NCBI RefSeq assembly: GCF_009914755.1
Contig: NC_060926.1
Source: the human T2T-CHM13v2.0 reference genome, Homo sapiens
DNA length: 64,000 bases
Reading direction: 5' to 3' (one strand)
Shown here: positions 11,986-24,659 of the stretch, in pieces
Position numbering within the stretch: position 1 is the stretch's first letter
Layout: each line of letters begins with the position of its first letter
The notes under the pieces: model-generated
Seen by the model: the letters and a program-made list of their open reading frames with translations, nothing else
What the model was told of the DNA's origin: nothing
Database searches by the model: none
Program-made: the position numbers and the translations under genes

Positions 11986-14325
11986 GTAACCTGCTGCCAG
12001 CCGCACCACCTTCCTCCAGCTAGGACCAGGCCTGTGGGCTGCCTTGGGGCTGTACCCTTGGTGGTGAACGGATGGCTGGCTGGCTGCCTGCATGGATGAA
12101 TGAGTGACCCAGGGAGGACTGGGTGGGAATGCTGAGCTGTGACTTTCTCACCACTGTGTTCCCAGCACCCTGGACATACTACATTCCCATCACACGTGGT
12201 GAATGAATGAATGAGTGAATGAATGAACTTCTGCCTAGCCATCCCTCTTGTCTCAGGCTGCATCTGTCTCTCTCTCCCCACACCTGACCTGTGTACAGCA
12301 CCAGCCACAGCCTAGCTGAGTTGCTCACGTCCCCGGAATGGCCCAGGCCCTTCTAGGCTGCTGTCGCTCTTGGAACTCTACCCCACCCTGGCTCCTTCGC
12401 TGCCACTTCAGCCCTTCCTGATTCTCCTGGGTGATAGGACTGAGCTCCAGGCCCACACACCCAGCCTAGCTCAGGGGTCACTTGAGGGCATGTGCTGTGT
12501 GCACACCTGTCTCCCTGTCTGCACTCTAAGCTTTGGAGAGGTGGCGCTATGGGAGAAGTGCCTGACTGGGTTCCATGCCACCAGGGTTTGTGCAAGTGTG
12601 CAGTCACTGACACAGTATTTTCCAATGATTCAATGCACATTTGAGTCAGTGAGTGGCGTGGTGAGGGGGGAAGACAGGACAAGTTCAAGCGGGGAGAGAA
12701 GAGCGGAGCAGCCCACAGCCCAGTGCAGGCCTACCACGTGGCCCAGACCCTGTGCTGATCCTTTTGGAAACTTTGCCACTTATTTCTTCTGCTCCAAGAC
12801 AGCATGCGGGCAGCCCCCACTCTTGGAGCAGGGGCCTGTCTTGTAAAGGGCATGCCGTGCCTGTTGACCTGGTAAGTAAGCCCCTGGTCCCCCAAGCCCT
12901 CTCATGGTGGCCCAGTCTTCATTCATTACCACAGAAGCCGCATCTTGGACACCAAGGATGCTCAGGGCCTCCTATCCCTGTCTCCCCTGCATCTGCCGAG
13001 CATCCTTTATCAAAACTGTGAACCATCAGGCATGCTCTGGGCACTTAATTTTCATGAAATATTGGCTTCTGTTATCGTCAAGCAAGCAGAGAGGTTGATG
13101 ACAAATTCTTCTCCCCTTGCTGACACCAAAGCCGGTCTCAGCACGATGCATGGTTTCCACGGGGCCGACCATCATCGGGAGCCAATGAAATTGATGAGGA
13201 CGGCACATATCCAGGGAAGATAAACACGCCAGAAAGGCAAGGACAGGGCCGGCAGGCAGGCACTGAGCACCTGGGAGCCCCATGGCCACACGCCGGTAGG
13301 GCCCTATGCCCGCCCTCCAACCCTGGCCGGCCATACAGGGCCTCCTGCCTGCCCAGCCTGGCTCTGCGCACGTGTCAGTGCAAGGAAAGCTGTTTATCAT
13401 GAGGAGGTTGTCCCCCCGTCGCTCAGTGTCCCGATTCACTGACCAAGGACTCCCTGACTCATTTGTAAGGTGGATGGCTGACTTCCAGGTCTTCTCAAAG
13501 AGTGGAGAGGGTGATGGGAGGCCCTCTGGTCCACTCTCCCCATGGTCTCACCCCAACAGCCCCCAGACGATCCCATTGCTAAAGATCTGGAAAGGAAATG
13601 CTCCCACACCTTCCTTTGACTTGCTCCCAATGTAGCCCCTGGAGCTATTGTACGACATGTTGTTGCTTTCCTGTTGGGAACAAGTGGATTCGTTGAAAGG
13701 TCCTTTGAGAAACAATCAGGAACCCTTCTCGGAAGAGGTCTTTGCAGCTCTTATGGAAAGTCAGGTGGAGTTTGAGTCTCCATTGACAGCAGGGCGTCCT
13801 GAGGCTAATTTCTTCCATTCCCAGAAAGGGACTCAGCATTAGGACTGAAATTGTGACCTGGGCAGCTATGGTACCACTCATTGAGTCCCCGGAGCCAGTG
13901 GGGGTTAGGCCTTTTGAGTATGGGGCGAGGTCCTTCATCCCCCTGAGCCTGACTATACATGTTTTCCCCAGAGACTATTCTGAAAGACAACATTTTCCTG
14001 CTGGTTTTGGAGAGAGTTTGAAGTGCGAAGCAATCTTGGTAACATCTGCCTCTTTGCTTGGCTTTGCTCCCAGCCTTCCTAGCAGACCAGTGGAATACTG
14101 GGGAGTCCTTGACAGCCCTTGTAGGCCCTCCGTGGACTTTCCGTCCCTACCTGGAGTATGAGCCTCTCCCTGTGCCCCGACCCCAGGCAGGTACCTCCTA
14201 CCTGTCCTCATGTTCTCTGCTCAGAGGGTGCCCCTGGTTAGCATCAGTGAGGGTAGGGATGGTCTTGTGGGTTAATTCTCAGTCTGTTGCCAGTTTGAGA
14301 GAAAAAGACTTTGTCCTTTTTGACG

Positions 14326-14388
14326 GGAATTTCAGGGACCTGTGATCAGGTGAAGGAATTTCAGGTACCTGTGATCAGGTGAAGGAAT
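14326..14388. repeat. 29-bp tandem duplication (GGAATTTCAGGKACCTGTGATCAGGTGAA x2)
   Basis: Direct reading, one mismatch between copies. Confidence 0.9.
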
Positions 14389-14701
14389 GTCTCAGGGGTC
14401 TTTCCTTCGCCTCATTAAAATGGCCACATGGGCCCTAATGTGGTCAGGGGACTCAAGTCCAGACCTAGGCTGCCTCGAGCTCACTGTGTATTCATGGGGA
14501 GGGCCTCGGATCCTCCCTATCGTACAAGAATGCAGATGCCCATGCGTTAGGGCTGTGGCAGGGAAAACTGGTTCCCCACAGCACTTCGATGAAGACAAGT
14601 GTGCACTGGAGAGGAAGGAGGAAGGGCCCCAGGACAGGCCATCTGACAAGGAGAGCTGTGGGCGGGGCTGAGTTGAGGAAAGGAGCTAAAAAGGCTGATG
14701 A

Positions 14702-14790
14702 GTGTGTGTGTGTGTGTGTGTGTCTGCATGCATGTGTTGTGTGTGTGCACACACACCTGTAACACACACACTTGCATCCACACCTGTAAC
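14702..14790. repeat. (TG)n tract followed by (CA)n tract
   Basis: Direct reading. Confidence 0.9.
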
Positions 14791-14843
14791 AGCCCAGGGT
14801 CCTTGGCACAGAATGCATGGGACTAACAGCGACCTCTTTTCAG

Positions 14844-15029
14844 GGCCAGGTGTCTGGACACGGCTCATGTGGGTGTGCCCTTCCCCTCTCCCAGGAGCAG
14901 CTGGCTGACCTCAAGGAAGATCTGGACAGGGATGACTGTAAGCAGGAGGCTGAGGTGGTCATCTATGAGACCAACTGCCACTGGGAAGACTGCACCAAGG
15001 AGTACGACACCCAGGAGCAGCTGGTGCAT
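14844..15029 (+). CDS. GLI2: GLI2 coding exon with two in-frame acceptors (14844 and 14895); encodes start of zinc finger 1 ([20 protein letters not shown])
   Basis: ttttcag|GGCCAG at 14844 and ctctcccag|GAGCAG at 14895; donor CAT|gtaagc; 186 or 135 bp. Confidence 0.96.
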
Positions 15030-17122
15030 GTAAGCTTTTGAACCCCAGCAGCCCGCCAACCGGGGCACGGCCCAGGCCATGCAGGATGCTGAGCCTTCCA
15101 GGGCCTCTACTAGACAGAAGGGGCTGGAGGAAGAGACCCCCAGAGATGCCTGGGCCACATCCCCTGCAAGTGGGAGGCATAATTACTTATGTGTGTCCTG
15201 CCTGTTTTTAAGATGGCTTCCAATACATATGTAATACAAACAATTAAAAGAAAAAATAAGTAAATGAGACTGTCAGGGAAAAGAGAACAATAAAGTGAAA
15301 CCAGGAATAGAGTTAGTATTAAAAACCGAGTGCTTTGAGCTATATTCTATATACACATTTTTTTTTTCTGAGATTCCTAATAGCCAGTGCAAAGAGGGAA
15401 ATACGATTAGTTAAACCAGCCAGTATCTACACAATAATAAGTGAAAGAAGCTTCTCCCATGAAGGAAGGAGTTGATCCTTTCCTTTTGGGGACTATTCAC
15501 AGATACCCAGTGGATATGGGTGCAGGTGGGCGTCTACACCCAGATCAGAGAGGAGGTTGCTTAACAGTGCCTGAGTACTGACAGCTCAGGTGATTAGAGA
15601 TGACCATGGGAGCCGGCGAGACCTTCAGGATATGCCTCTTGGTCCTCATTCCAAACTCTCATACTGCAGCGTCCCTTATATGGCAGTTAGGGGTGATGTG
15701 TGCAATGTGCAGAGCAGAGGCTTGGCACGGGAGACACCTGGCTCCAAACCTGTCCCCACCACAACCAGCTGAGTGGTTCTGAGCAAGTGACTCCACCTCT
15801 GTGAGCTTCATTTGTTTCCCATAAAGGGGGTTGATGCTACCCCACAGGAGGGTCAATCATGTTTGTCAGCACTTAGTGCCTTGCAGACATTCCGCACCTA
15901 GCAGCTCCCTCCTTCCTCCTCCTGCCTGTTCCCCACACCAGCCCTGAGTGGTTCTCTCTTCTCCATCCAGAGAAGAACTTAAATTCAAGAAAGCCACCTC
16001 CCAACTCCCCAGCACATGCTCCTTGGTGAGTGAGTGTCTATAAAGATGAACCCACTAAATTAGTAGCTCGATTGCTGGGAAGAGCAGACACACACGCACG
16101 TGCACACACATGCACACACACACATGCACGCGTCTCCGATTCATATTCAGAAGCTGTCCAGAGGCGCTTGCTTCTCCCCAGCTCTGTGAACTTAGCATTT
16201 AGGACACGCCGACTCCCTCTGCTTCTTCCACTTATGCAACTTGCTCACAAATACCGTAGGTTTCTTTTGTGTTGGAGTTTGTCCTCCCAAACACAGTTCT
16301 CACCCAGAAGGCCAGAATTTCCCAGCAAACGAATGCAGCTGGTGAAGCAGGGTCTTATCTAACCCCTTCTGGATCTCAAACTTAATTTTTCAACTTGTAC
16401 CACCTCTTTGGGGTAAACAAGCCCTAGATGGAGCAGGGACCGTGGAGCTGTGAGTTGCAGAACAAATCAGTTAGATGAAAGGAGGAGAGAGGGACAGTCT
16501 CTCAGGCCAGGGGAAGGCCAAAGCCAGAGCATGCAGATGAGGATGTCAAAGACGTGCTCTGTGATAAGTGGGTCAGCCCCAAAGAGCAGGCACGGAATTC
16601 CTCAGATGAATGCGGAGGGTCCCCAAACTGGGAGGAGGGCTTTAGCCAGGGGCTTCTGCCTGTGCCCTGGACTGTCCTGGAGCTATAGGTGGCCACCTCC
16701 ACCAGGCCCTGGAAAAAGCAGACCCCTTCACCCAGCTCTGTCTGTCTGTCTCTCTCTGTTTCTCTCTGCTCCCTGGAAAGATGGATGGAGCAGGCGCACA
16801 GGCGAGCTGGAGCCCCTGGTCGATTATTAACAATTTGTTGCTAAGTAAACCAATAAGAAAAAAATGAAAGCCATTGTCAGGAAGCATTTTTATCATTTGA
16901 AAGGCTTTAAAAATGGAAAGTGAGGCTAATATGATAAGATTTCCCTGGAAGTTCAAAGCGCTGGAGATTTCACATGCTCCAGCAGGGGCATCTGTACGCG
17001 TGACAGTTGGGCGAGTCGCACAGGGCATGAGGGCCTGGCAGTTTTCTGTCTTCTGGGGCAAGGTGCTGCCAGTGCCTGATGCTTGGCTCTTGGGACAGCC
17101 TCTTTTGGTGGCAGAGTTCCAC

Positions 17123-17452
17123 AGCAGAATGTCCAGCAGAACAATATTACAGGCCACAAATGCCAGCTATCCATGTAATTTACATTTCCTAGGAGTGCAT
17201 TTAAAAGTAAAAAGAAACAGGTGAAGTTAATTTTAATATTTTTTATCCAGCCCAATATATCTGAAATATCATTTAGCAGGTAGTCAATAGAAAAGAAAGT
17301 TATTGAGATATTGTATATTCTTTTTTTTCCATTCTAAGTCTTTGAAACTGGTGTGTAGTTTGCACTTCTAGCCCATCCCAGCTCAGGCCAGCCACATTTC
17401 AAGTGTGCAAGAGCCCCACATGGGGCAAGTGGTCACTGCATTGGACAGTGTG
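17123..17452. mobile_element. MER33-like hAT-Charlie DNA element
   Basis: tgtccagcagaac..aaagtaaaaagaaacaggtgaagttaattttaata..gccacatttcaagtg..ttggacagtg. Confidence 0.75.
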
Positions 17453-18353
17453 GGTCTAGAGGTTGTGGGAGGGGGGCTGGGAGGAAGTGAAGACGGGGGA
17501 GGAAACTGAGAACAGAGGAGGAAGGGGAGGCCTCTAAGACCTGAGTGTCCTGGCCTCGCCACCAGGCTGGGGAAGTAAACCCAGCCTTACCCGAGATACG
17601 CGGCAGGGTTAGTCGTGCTGCGCTGGCTGTCCCAACTCACTTGCCTGGGGCCGTTTTCTCCCAGGATAAGCTTCACACAGTGCCCAGAGCCCACCATTAA
17701 GGTCAGTTCTGGCTCCACCACGCCGACTGCCAGGGCCCTGTGCAGGCCACTGAACTCTCTGTGCCTTTGTGGAAAGGGGACAAAGCCATTATCTCATGGG
17801 TCAATGCCAAAAATAGAGATAAGCATGTGTTATTTTTCTACTGAAACAAAATATGTTATTTACAAACCTCTGAAACAACAGGGGCAAGCTTAGGAGAGGC
17901 TTCTCATGCACCCACTACGGGCACGTTTGCCTCGCTGCGGTTAGTGCCTACTGTTTGCAGCCTGGGAGCGTCATCACACCAGAGCCCAGGCTGCGGTGCA
18001 CAGGATGGCTTTGCCCAATATAGACGGTCACTTTGAGGACTGATTGGAAAATGCAGGGCAGATAAGCGGCACGCAGTAGGCCTTCATTTAAGGGCAGCTA
18101 GTGATGATTCATGAGGAGGCGTGGCCCGGCTCGTAGGGGTGGTCTTGTTGGGTCAGTGGTCTGCGTATAGTAGGTGGGATGGGCAATGAGGAGCACGGTC
18201 TGAACATAATAGGTGTGGTCAGCAGGGTGGATGGTCTGCACACAGGTCGGGGAGGGCTGGGGGGGTGCCGGTGCAGGTGGTCAGCTGACAGCAGGGGGTG
18301 GTCTGTGGGCCTCTGGCCCTGCTTACCCTCTTCTGGGCATGTCCCTCCGGCAG

Positions 18354-18503
18354 CACATCAACAACGAGCACATCCACGGGGAGAAGAAGGAGTTTGTGTG
18401 CCGCTGGCAGGCCTGCACGCGGGAGCAGAAGCCCTTCAAGGCGCAGTACATGCTGGTGGTGCACATGCGGCGACACACGGGCGAGAAGCCCCACAAGTGC
18501 ACG
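18354..18503 (+). CDS. GLI2: GLI2 coding exon: end of ZF1, ZF2, start of ZF3 ([21 protein letters not shown]...[10 protein letters not shown])
   Basis: ccggcag|CACATC...TGCACG|gtgagt; 150 bp, phase 0-0. Confidence 0.98.
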
Positions 18504-18915
18504 GTGAGTGGCCTTCTCCCCACCCCCGCCGCAGCATCAAGACTGGCCTGTCAGCCAGGCCGGGGGGATCATGTTTGGAGGTGGCTGGCCACAGGCACAC
18601 CTGGGTGGGGCAGACCACAGCAGGGGCTCTGGGACAGGAGCCTGTTCCCACCCTGCCTGTTTGGGTCCTGGAGGCCCCTCGCCTCGTGCCGTCCCAGACC
18701 TTGATGGACTTGCTCTCTGGGTGTGAGCATCTCGGTAAGCATGGCAAAAATGTGTGGGTGTGTCTGTGATTGTGAGTCCAAAGGCATATCTGCACCCTGC
18801 AGTTTGCTTGGCTGGGTGACGCTGGGAAGAGGGACAGCTCCATAGTGCTCTGCAGAGAAAAAAACATCATTGGTGATTCAGAGCTTGAGCAATGATGGGT
18901 TAAAATGGTTGAGGG

Positions 18916-19185
18916 TTTTTTTGTTTGTTTGTTTTTTGAGACAGAGTCTCACTTTGCTACCCAGGCAGCTCATTGCAGCCTCCACCTCCTGGGCTCAGGC
19001 AATCCTCCCACCTCAGCCTCCTGAGTAGCTGGGACTACAGGTACATGCCACCAACCCAGCTAATTTTTGTATTCTTTTGTAGAGATGGGGTTTTGCCATG
19101 TTGCTCTTGAACTCCTGGGCTCAAGCAGTCTGCCTGCATCAGCCTCCCAAAGTGCTGGGATTCGTCTTGAGCCACAGCTCCCAGC
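18916..19185 (-). mobile_element. Alu (AluJ-like, with internal deletions)
   Basis: Poly-T then gagacagagtctc...cctcccaaagtgctggga. Confidence 0.9.
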
Positions 19186-19660
19186 TGAGTTATTTTTTTT
19201 TTAAGTGAGCTCAATGATAAGACCTTTTCTATGGTCTCCTTTAGAAGGTCAACAGGATTTATGACTATAGTTGGAGAGACTTATTTTTTTAACACACAGA
19301 AACTGCTGCCCCACAAATGCACACGTGGTTTCAGCTGTAGCTGAAACATCTGGGAACTCCTTTTTGTGAATTCTTGTTTCATAGATTCTGAGACATACAT
19401 TTTGTTTTCACCTTAATATCTCTGAAGTCAGACTGTCTTAAAATCAGTGGTGTCCAGGATCCAATGAAATATGCTACCTTTGCTGGCAAGTCAGTTTTTT
19501 TATTGAGAAATAGCTGACATACCATAAAGTTCACCCTTTTCAGAAAATGTGCAATTTAGTTGTTTTTAGTACATTCACAGATTTGTACAACAATCACTAC
19601 TAGTTAATTTCAGAACATTTTCATCACCCCAGAAAGATACCCTGTACTCATTAGCAGCCA

Positions 19661-19741
19661 CTCCTAATTCTGTCCTTCCCACAGCCCCTCCTAATTCTGT
19701 CCTTCCCACAGCCCCTCCTAATTCTGTCCTTCCCACAGCCC
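19661..19741. repeat. 27-bp perfect tandem triplication inside the L1
   Basis: CTCCTAATTCTGTCCTTCCCACAGCCC x3. Confidence 0.95.
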
Positions 19742-20804
19742 TGGACAATTACTAATCTGCTTTCTGTCTGTATGGATTTGCCTGTTCTGGAAATTTCATA
19801 AAAACTGAAATCATACAATATGTGCATTTGTGTCTTGCTTCTTTCAGTTAACACGTTTGCAAGGTTCACCTGCGTTGTAGCATGCACGCGTACTTTCTTT
19901 CTTTTTGTGGCTGCATAATACTCCATTGTATGGATAGACCATGTTTTGTTTATGCATTCATCAGTTGATGGATATTTGCATTGTATTCACTTTGAGGCTA
20001 TTATGAATAATGCTGCTATGAACATGTGCGTTCATGTTTTTATATGGACAGAACGTTTTCACTTCTCTTGGGTATGTGTAACTAGGAGTGGAATTGGTGA
20101 GTCGTATGGCAGTTGAGGAACTGCTAGTCTGTTTTCCAAAAACGCTGCTCCATTTTACCTTTCCACCCACAATGAATGAGGGTTCTGATTTCTCCAAATC
20201 CTCACCAACACTGGTTGTTACCTGTCTTTTTTATTCTAGCCATATCCTAGTGGGTATAAAGTAGTATTTTATTGTGTTTTTGATTAGCACTTCCCTAATT
20301 AGTGATTAATAATGTTAAACATCTTTTCAGGTGCTTATTGGCCATTTGCGTATCTTCTCTGGAGAACTGTCTACCCAAATATTGCCCATTTTGAAACCTG
20401 GTTGTCTTTTTGCTGTTAAATTGTAAGAATTTTTCATATATCTGGTTACTAGACCCTTGTCAGATATATGATTTGCAAATAATTCTCCCATTCTCTGGAT
20501 TTTCTTTTCATTTCCTTGATACTTTCTTTTAGAGCACAAAGTTCTTAATTTTGAGGCTGTACAATTTTTTAATTGCTTGTGCTTTTAGCGTCATAGCTAA
20601 GGAACCATTGCCTAATCCAAGGTCACAAAAATTTACCTCTATGTTTTCTTCTAAGAGTTTTATAGTTTATATAGACTTTTATTTATAGAAATATTGAATA
20701 CTGGCACTCTGAAAAATTTAAAAATTAAAAAAAGAATATATGTGTGTATAGAGAGTTTTATAATATAGCTCTTCCATTGAGGTCTTTGATCCATTTGGAG
20801 TTAA

Positions 20805-21100
<296 letters not shown>

Positions 21101-22635
21101 TGGAGTTAATCTTTGTACATGGTATGAGGTAGGGATCCAAACTTACTCTTTTGCATGTGATTATGCAGTTGTCTGAGTCCATTTGCTGAAAAATTGTTCT
21201 TTCCATTTGAATGGTCTTGGTATCCTTGTCAAAAATCAATTGACCTTAAGTGTCTGGGTTTCTTTCTGAACTGCCAGTTATATTGCCTGGATCTCTATGT
21301 CTCTCTTTATGTCAGTACCACATGCAGTCTTTATTACTGTCAATTTGTAGGAAGTAAATTGGGGCATATGAGTTCTCCAAATTTGTCCTCCTTTTGCAAG
21401 ATGGTTCTGGCTCTTCAGGGTTCATTGCAACAAGTTATTTTCTTAACATCCTCAGTAGTGGCAAACCATAGCCCTTTGATGATATGAGCTGTGAGTTGTG
21501 GAAACAGATAAAAGGCGTTTGGAGCCAAGCATGCTCAATCAGACTGGTCAGGAATAAAGGGGAGGATGGGAGGAATGAGACAGCTCCTGCCGGGTGTACG
21601 TGTCCTCCTGAGGGCGGTTTTCATACATCCATTCAATGCAACCACAGTATCTTTGGAATAGCTGCAGAGCTTCCTGCAATGATCTCTTCTTTCTCCCCTT
21701 CCTCCCTTCTTCCCTCTCTCCCCACCTCCTTTCCTTCCTTCCTCTCTCCCTTGCTCCCTCCTTTCCTCCTTCCGTCCTTTCCAAAAATGTTTCTTGAGTG
21801 CCTAGATGCTAAATATTAGGAAGACAGCAATGAACAAGACAGAAGATTCCTGCTCTATGGAGCTGGTATTCTAGTAAGAAGGCTGGGTAACAAAATGATT
21901 AAGATCATTATAAATCGAGCCAAGGGGTATAAAGGAGAGAGGATAGAGTGTTGTGATTGAGAATATCAGAAAAATGCCCTCAGAGGAGATGACCTAAAAG
22001 ATTGAGAGGGAGGGACCTGGGCCAGGAACCGGATTGGGTGGGGGCTGCAGAAGTTTCCAGCCAGAGGGGTCGGTAGTATGCAGAGGCCCCAAGCCAGAAA
22101 GAACTTAGTGGAGTCAAAGAACTGAAAGGAGACCAGCATGTCCAAAGTGAAGATGAGGGTGGCCGACTCACTCAAGGACTTGAAGGACTGAATTTTATTC
22201 TCAGCATGTTTTAGAGCACAGGACAATTCTAACCGAGAGTGGTACTGGGAAACAGTTCAAAGTCATAGTTTAGAGTTTAATGATATGGGAATATGCTGCT
22301 GATTTAAAAAAATAGAGTATGTAACTGAATACTTGACATGTTCCCAATTTTGGTTTTAAAGACATGTGGAGATGAATTGCAGACTCACCAGAATGAAACT
22401 TACCTGCGTGTCAGCAGTAGCAGCCCCTGGGCGACCGGTGGTTTTCATTTTTCTCTTTGTACCTTTCAGCCCTTTCCATGTTTTCAGGAAAGGAAAGTAA
22501 TATCCTTAAAATGCATGCTTCTGAGTGCGCTGATGGGGTGGAGCAGAGCAGAGAAGGGGGTGGGGAGGAAGCAGCAGCCGGCCTCAAGGTTGGGCCCCCT
22601 GGGGTGCCTTGACTGACTGAACCGCCTCCTTCTAG

Positions 22636-22800
22636 TTCGAGGGCTGCTCGAAGGCCTACTCCCGCCTGGAGAACCTGAAGACACACCTGCGGTCCCACAC
22701 CGGGGAGAAGCCATATGTGTGTGAGCACGAGGGCTGCAACAAAGCCTTCTCCAACGCCTCGGACCGCGCCAAGCACCAGAATCGCACCCACTCCAACGAG
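22636..22800 (+). CDS. GLI2: GLI2 coding exon: ZF3-ZF4 ([55 protein letters not shown])
   Basis: ccttctag|TTCGAG...AACGAG|gtacct; 165 bp, phase 0-0. Confidence 0.98.
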
Positions 22801-23862
22801 GTACCTCTGCGGGGCATGCACTGGGCATGCACACTGGGGCCCCACTGATGCCCCATGGCTTCCAGGCATCTGTAGTCCAGTAGATAGCCAGGTGCCCCAT
22901 GTCCCGCCCCCGCCACTGACCAGCTATACATCCTCAGATACAGACCAGGACTCTGAGACCTAGACAGACCGGTCTCTTTCTCTATGCCACATCCTTTCCT
23001 CTAAAAGATGCCCCGTGAGGTCCCATGGCATACTGACCCTCTCTGTGCCTCAATTTCCTTATCTCCATAATAAATATAATAGTGTCCTCCCCAAAGGCCA
23101 TCATGAGGTCCTCGAGAGTTGAAGTTGAAGCAGGGAAGTGGCCCTTCTGATCTCGGAGTGTTTAACATGCATCTGCTCCCTATTACTTGGGGCTGCTGGG
23201 TGGGCTCTGCCTCCCCATCCTCTAGATGAGGAAACGAAGACTCAGAGATGAAGTGACTTTCCCCAGTGCCAGAGCAGTGATGATCCCTCTGCAGCTGTGA
23301 AAACATCCTGGGTCACTGCTCCCCACCCCCAAATTCCCTTTCCACCACAAGCAGGTGTTCCACTGGGGAGCAGCTGCCCCACTGCCTGAGGGAAGCAGAG
23401 CAGTGCTGTCTGAGCTTGGCGTTTGTTGACAGCCCCCTGGCCTGTTGGCTTGGGCAGCCAGCAGTGACATGCTCCAGCTGTTAGCGCTGCCTGGGCCTGC
23501 CGTGGCTGTCAGCCCCAGCAGACGGGGCACAGAGCAGCCTCTGTCTCCCTGGGTAGGCAGAGCCCCTATCTGGGCTGAGAGAACCAGGGAGAAAGCAGGG
23601 CAAGAGCCGGTGGCATCCTGGCCCAGCCACACAATTACTGTCGCTCAGGCTTACTCGGAAATGTATGTTTTTAAAAGCTTAGACATATCCTGGACCCCAA
23701 AGGGACTTTGCTCCAATGCTTGTAAGAAGTTAGAGGAATTTTCAAAGGCATCTGAACCCCTCAGAGTCTCTATGGACAAGAGCCAGCCTTAGAGGGGAGT
23801 GTGTGTGCACATGTGTATATGTGTGTTTGTAAGTGTATGTTTTTCTGTAGACGTGGTGTGTG

Positions 23863-23896
<34 letters not shown>

Positions 23897-24386
23897 ATGT
23901 TTATGAGTCCAGGACTGAGGTTCGGAAATCCTGGGTTTTTTCACCCCATTACTGGATGACTTGGAACCTGTTCCTTTGCCTCCCTGATCCTGCCTTTCTT
24001 CATCAGAGAAATCAGGGGTGCTAGTGCTGTCAGAGGGTACACTGAGCTCGTACACTTGCTACTAGTACTAAAAACCCCACTGCCCTGTTCATTGAGAGGC
24101 AGCATTGTGATTACACGAGGCACATGTGTCCCCAGCTTCTTGTGGCAGGATCCCCCGTGGCCGTGTGCTTAACTGCATGAACGGGTGCAGACAAGCCAGG
24201 CTATGGCCAGGCTCCTGCATGGTGCCATCCACAGAGCACTGGCTGCAAATTTGACACAGCACCTACTGACGTTGCCAGCTGGGCTCTGCTGAGGGGCGTG
24301 GGTAGCTTCAGGAGAACAGGGAGAGCGCCCCTTCAGAGTTGATCCTCGTACCCCTATCCATGACACAGGCCTGCTTCTCTCCCCAG

Positions 24387-24659
24387 AAACCCTACATCTG
24401 CAAGATCCCAGGCTGCACCAAGAGATACACAGACCCCAGCTCTCTCCGGAAGCATGTGAAAACGGTCCACGGCCCAGATGCCCACGTCACCAAGAAGCAG
24501 CGCAATGACGTGCACCTCCGCACACCGCTGCTCAAAGAGAATGGGGACAGTGAGGCCGGCACGGAGCCTGGCGGCCCAGAGAGCACCGAGGCCAGCAGCA
24601 CCAGCCAGGCCGTGGAGGACTGCCTGCACGTCAGAGCCATCAAGACCGAGAGCTCCGGG
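24387..24659 (+). CDS. GLI2: GLI2 coding exon: ZF5 and downstream region ([28 protein letters not shown]...IKTESSG)
   Basis: ctccccag|AAACCC...TCCGGG|gtaagc; 273 bp, phase 0-0. Confidence 0.98.
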
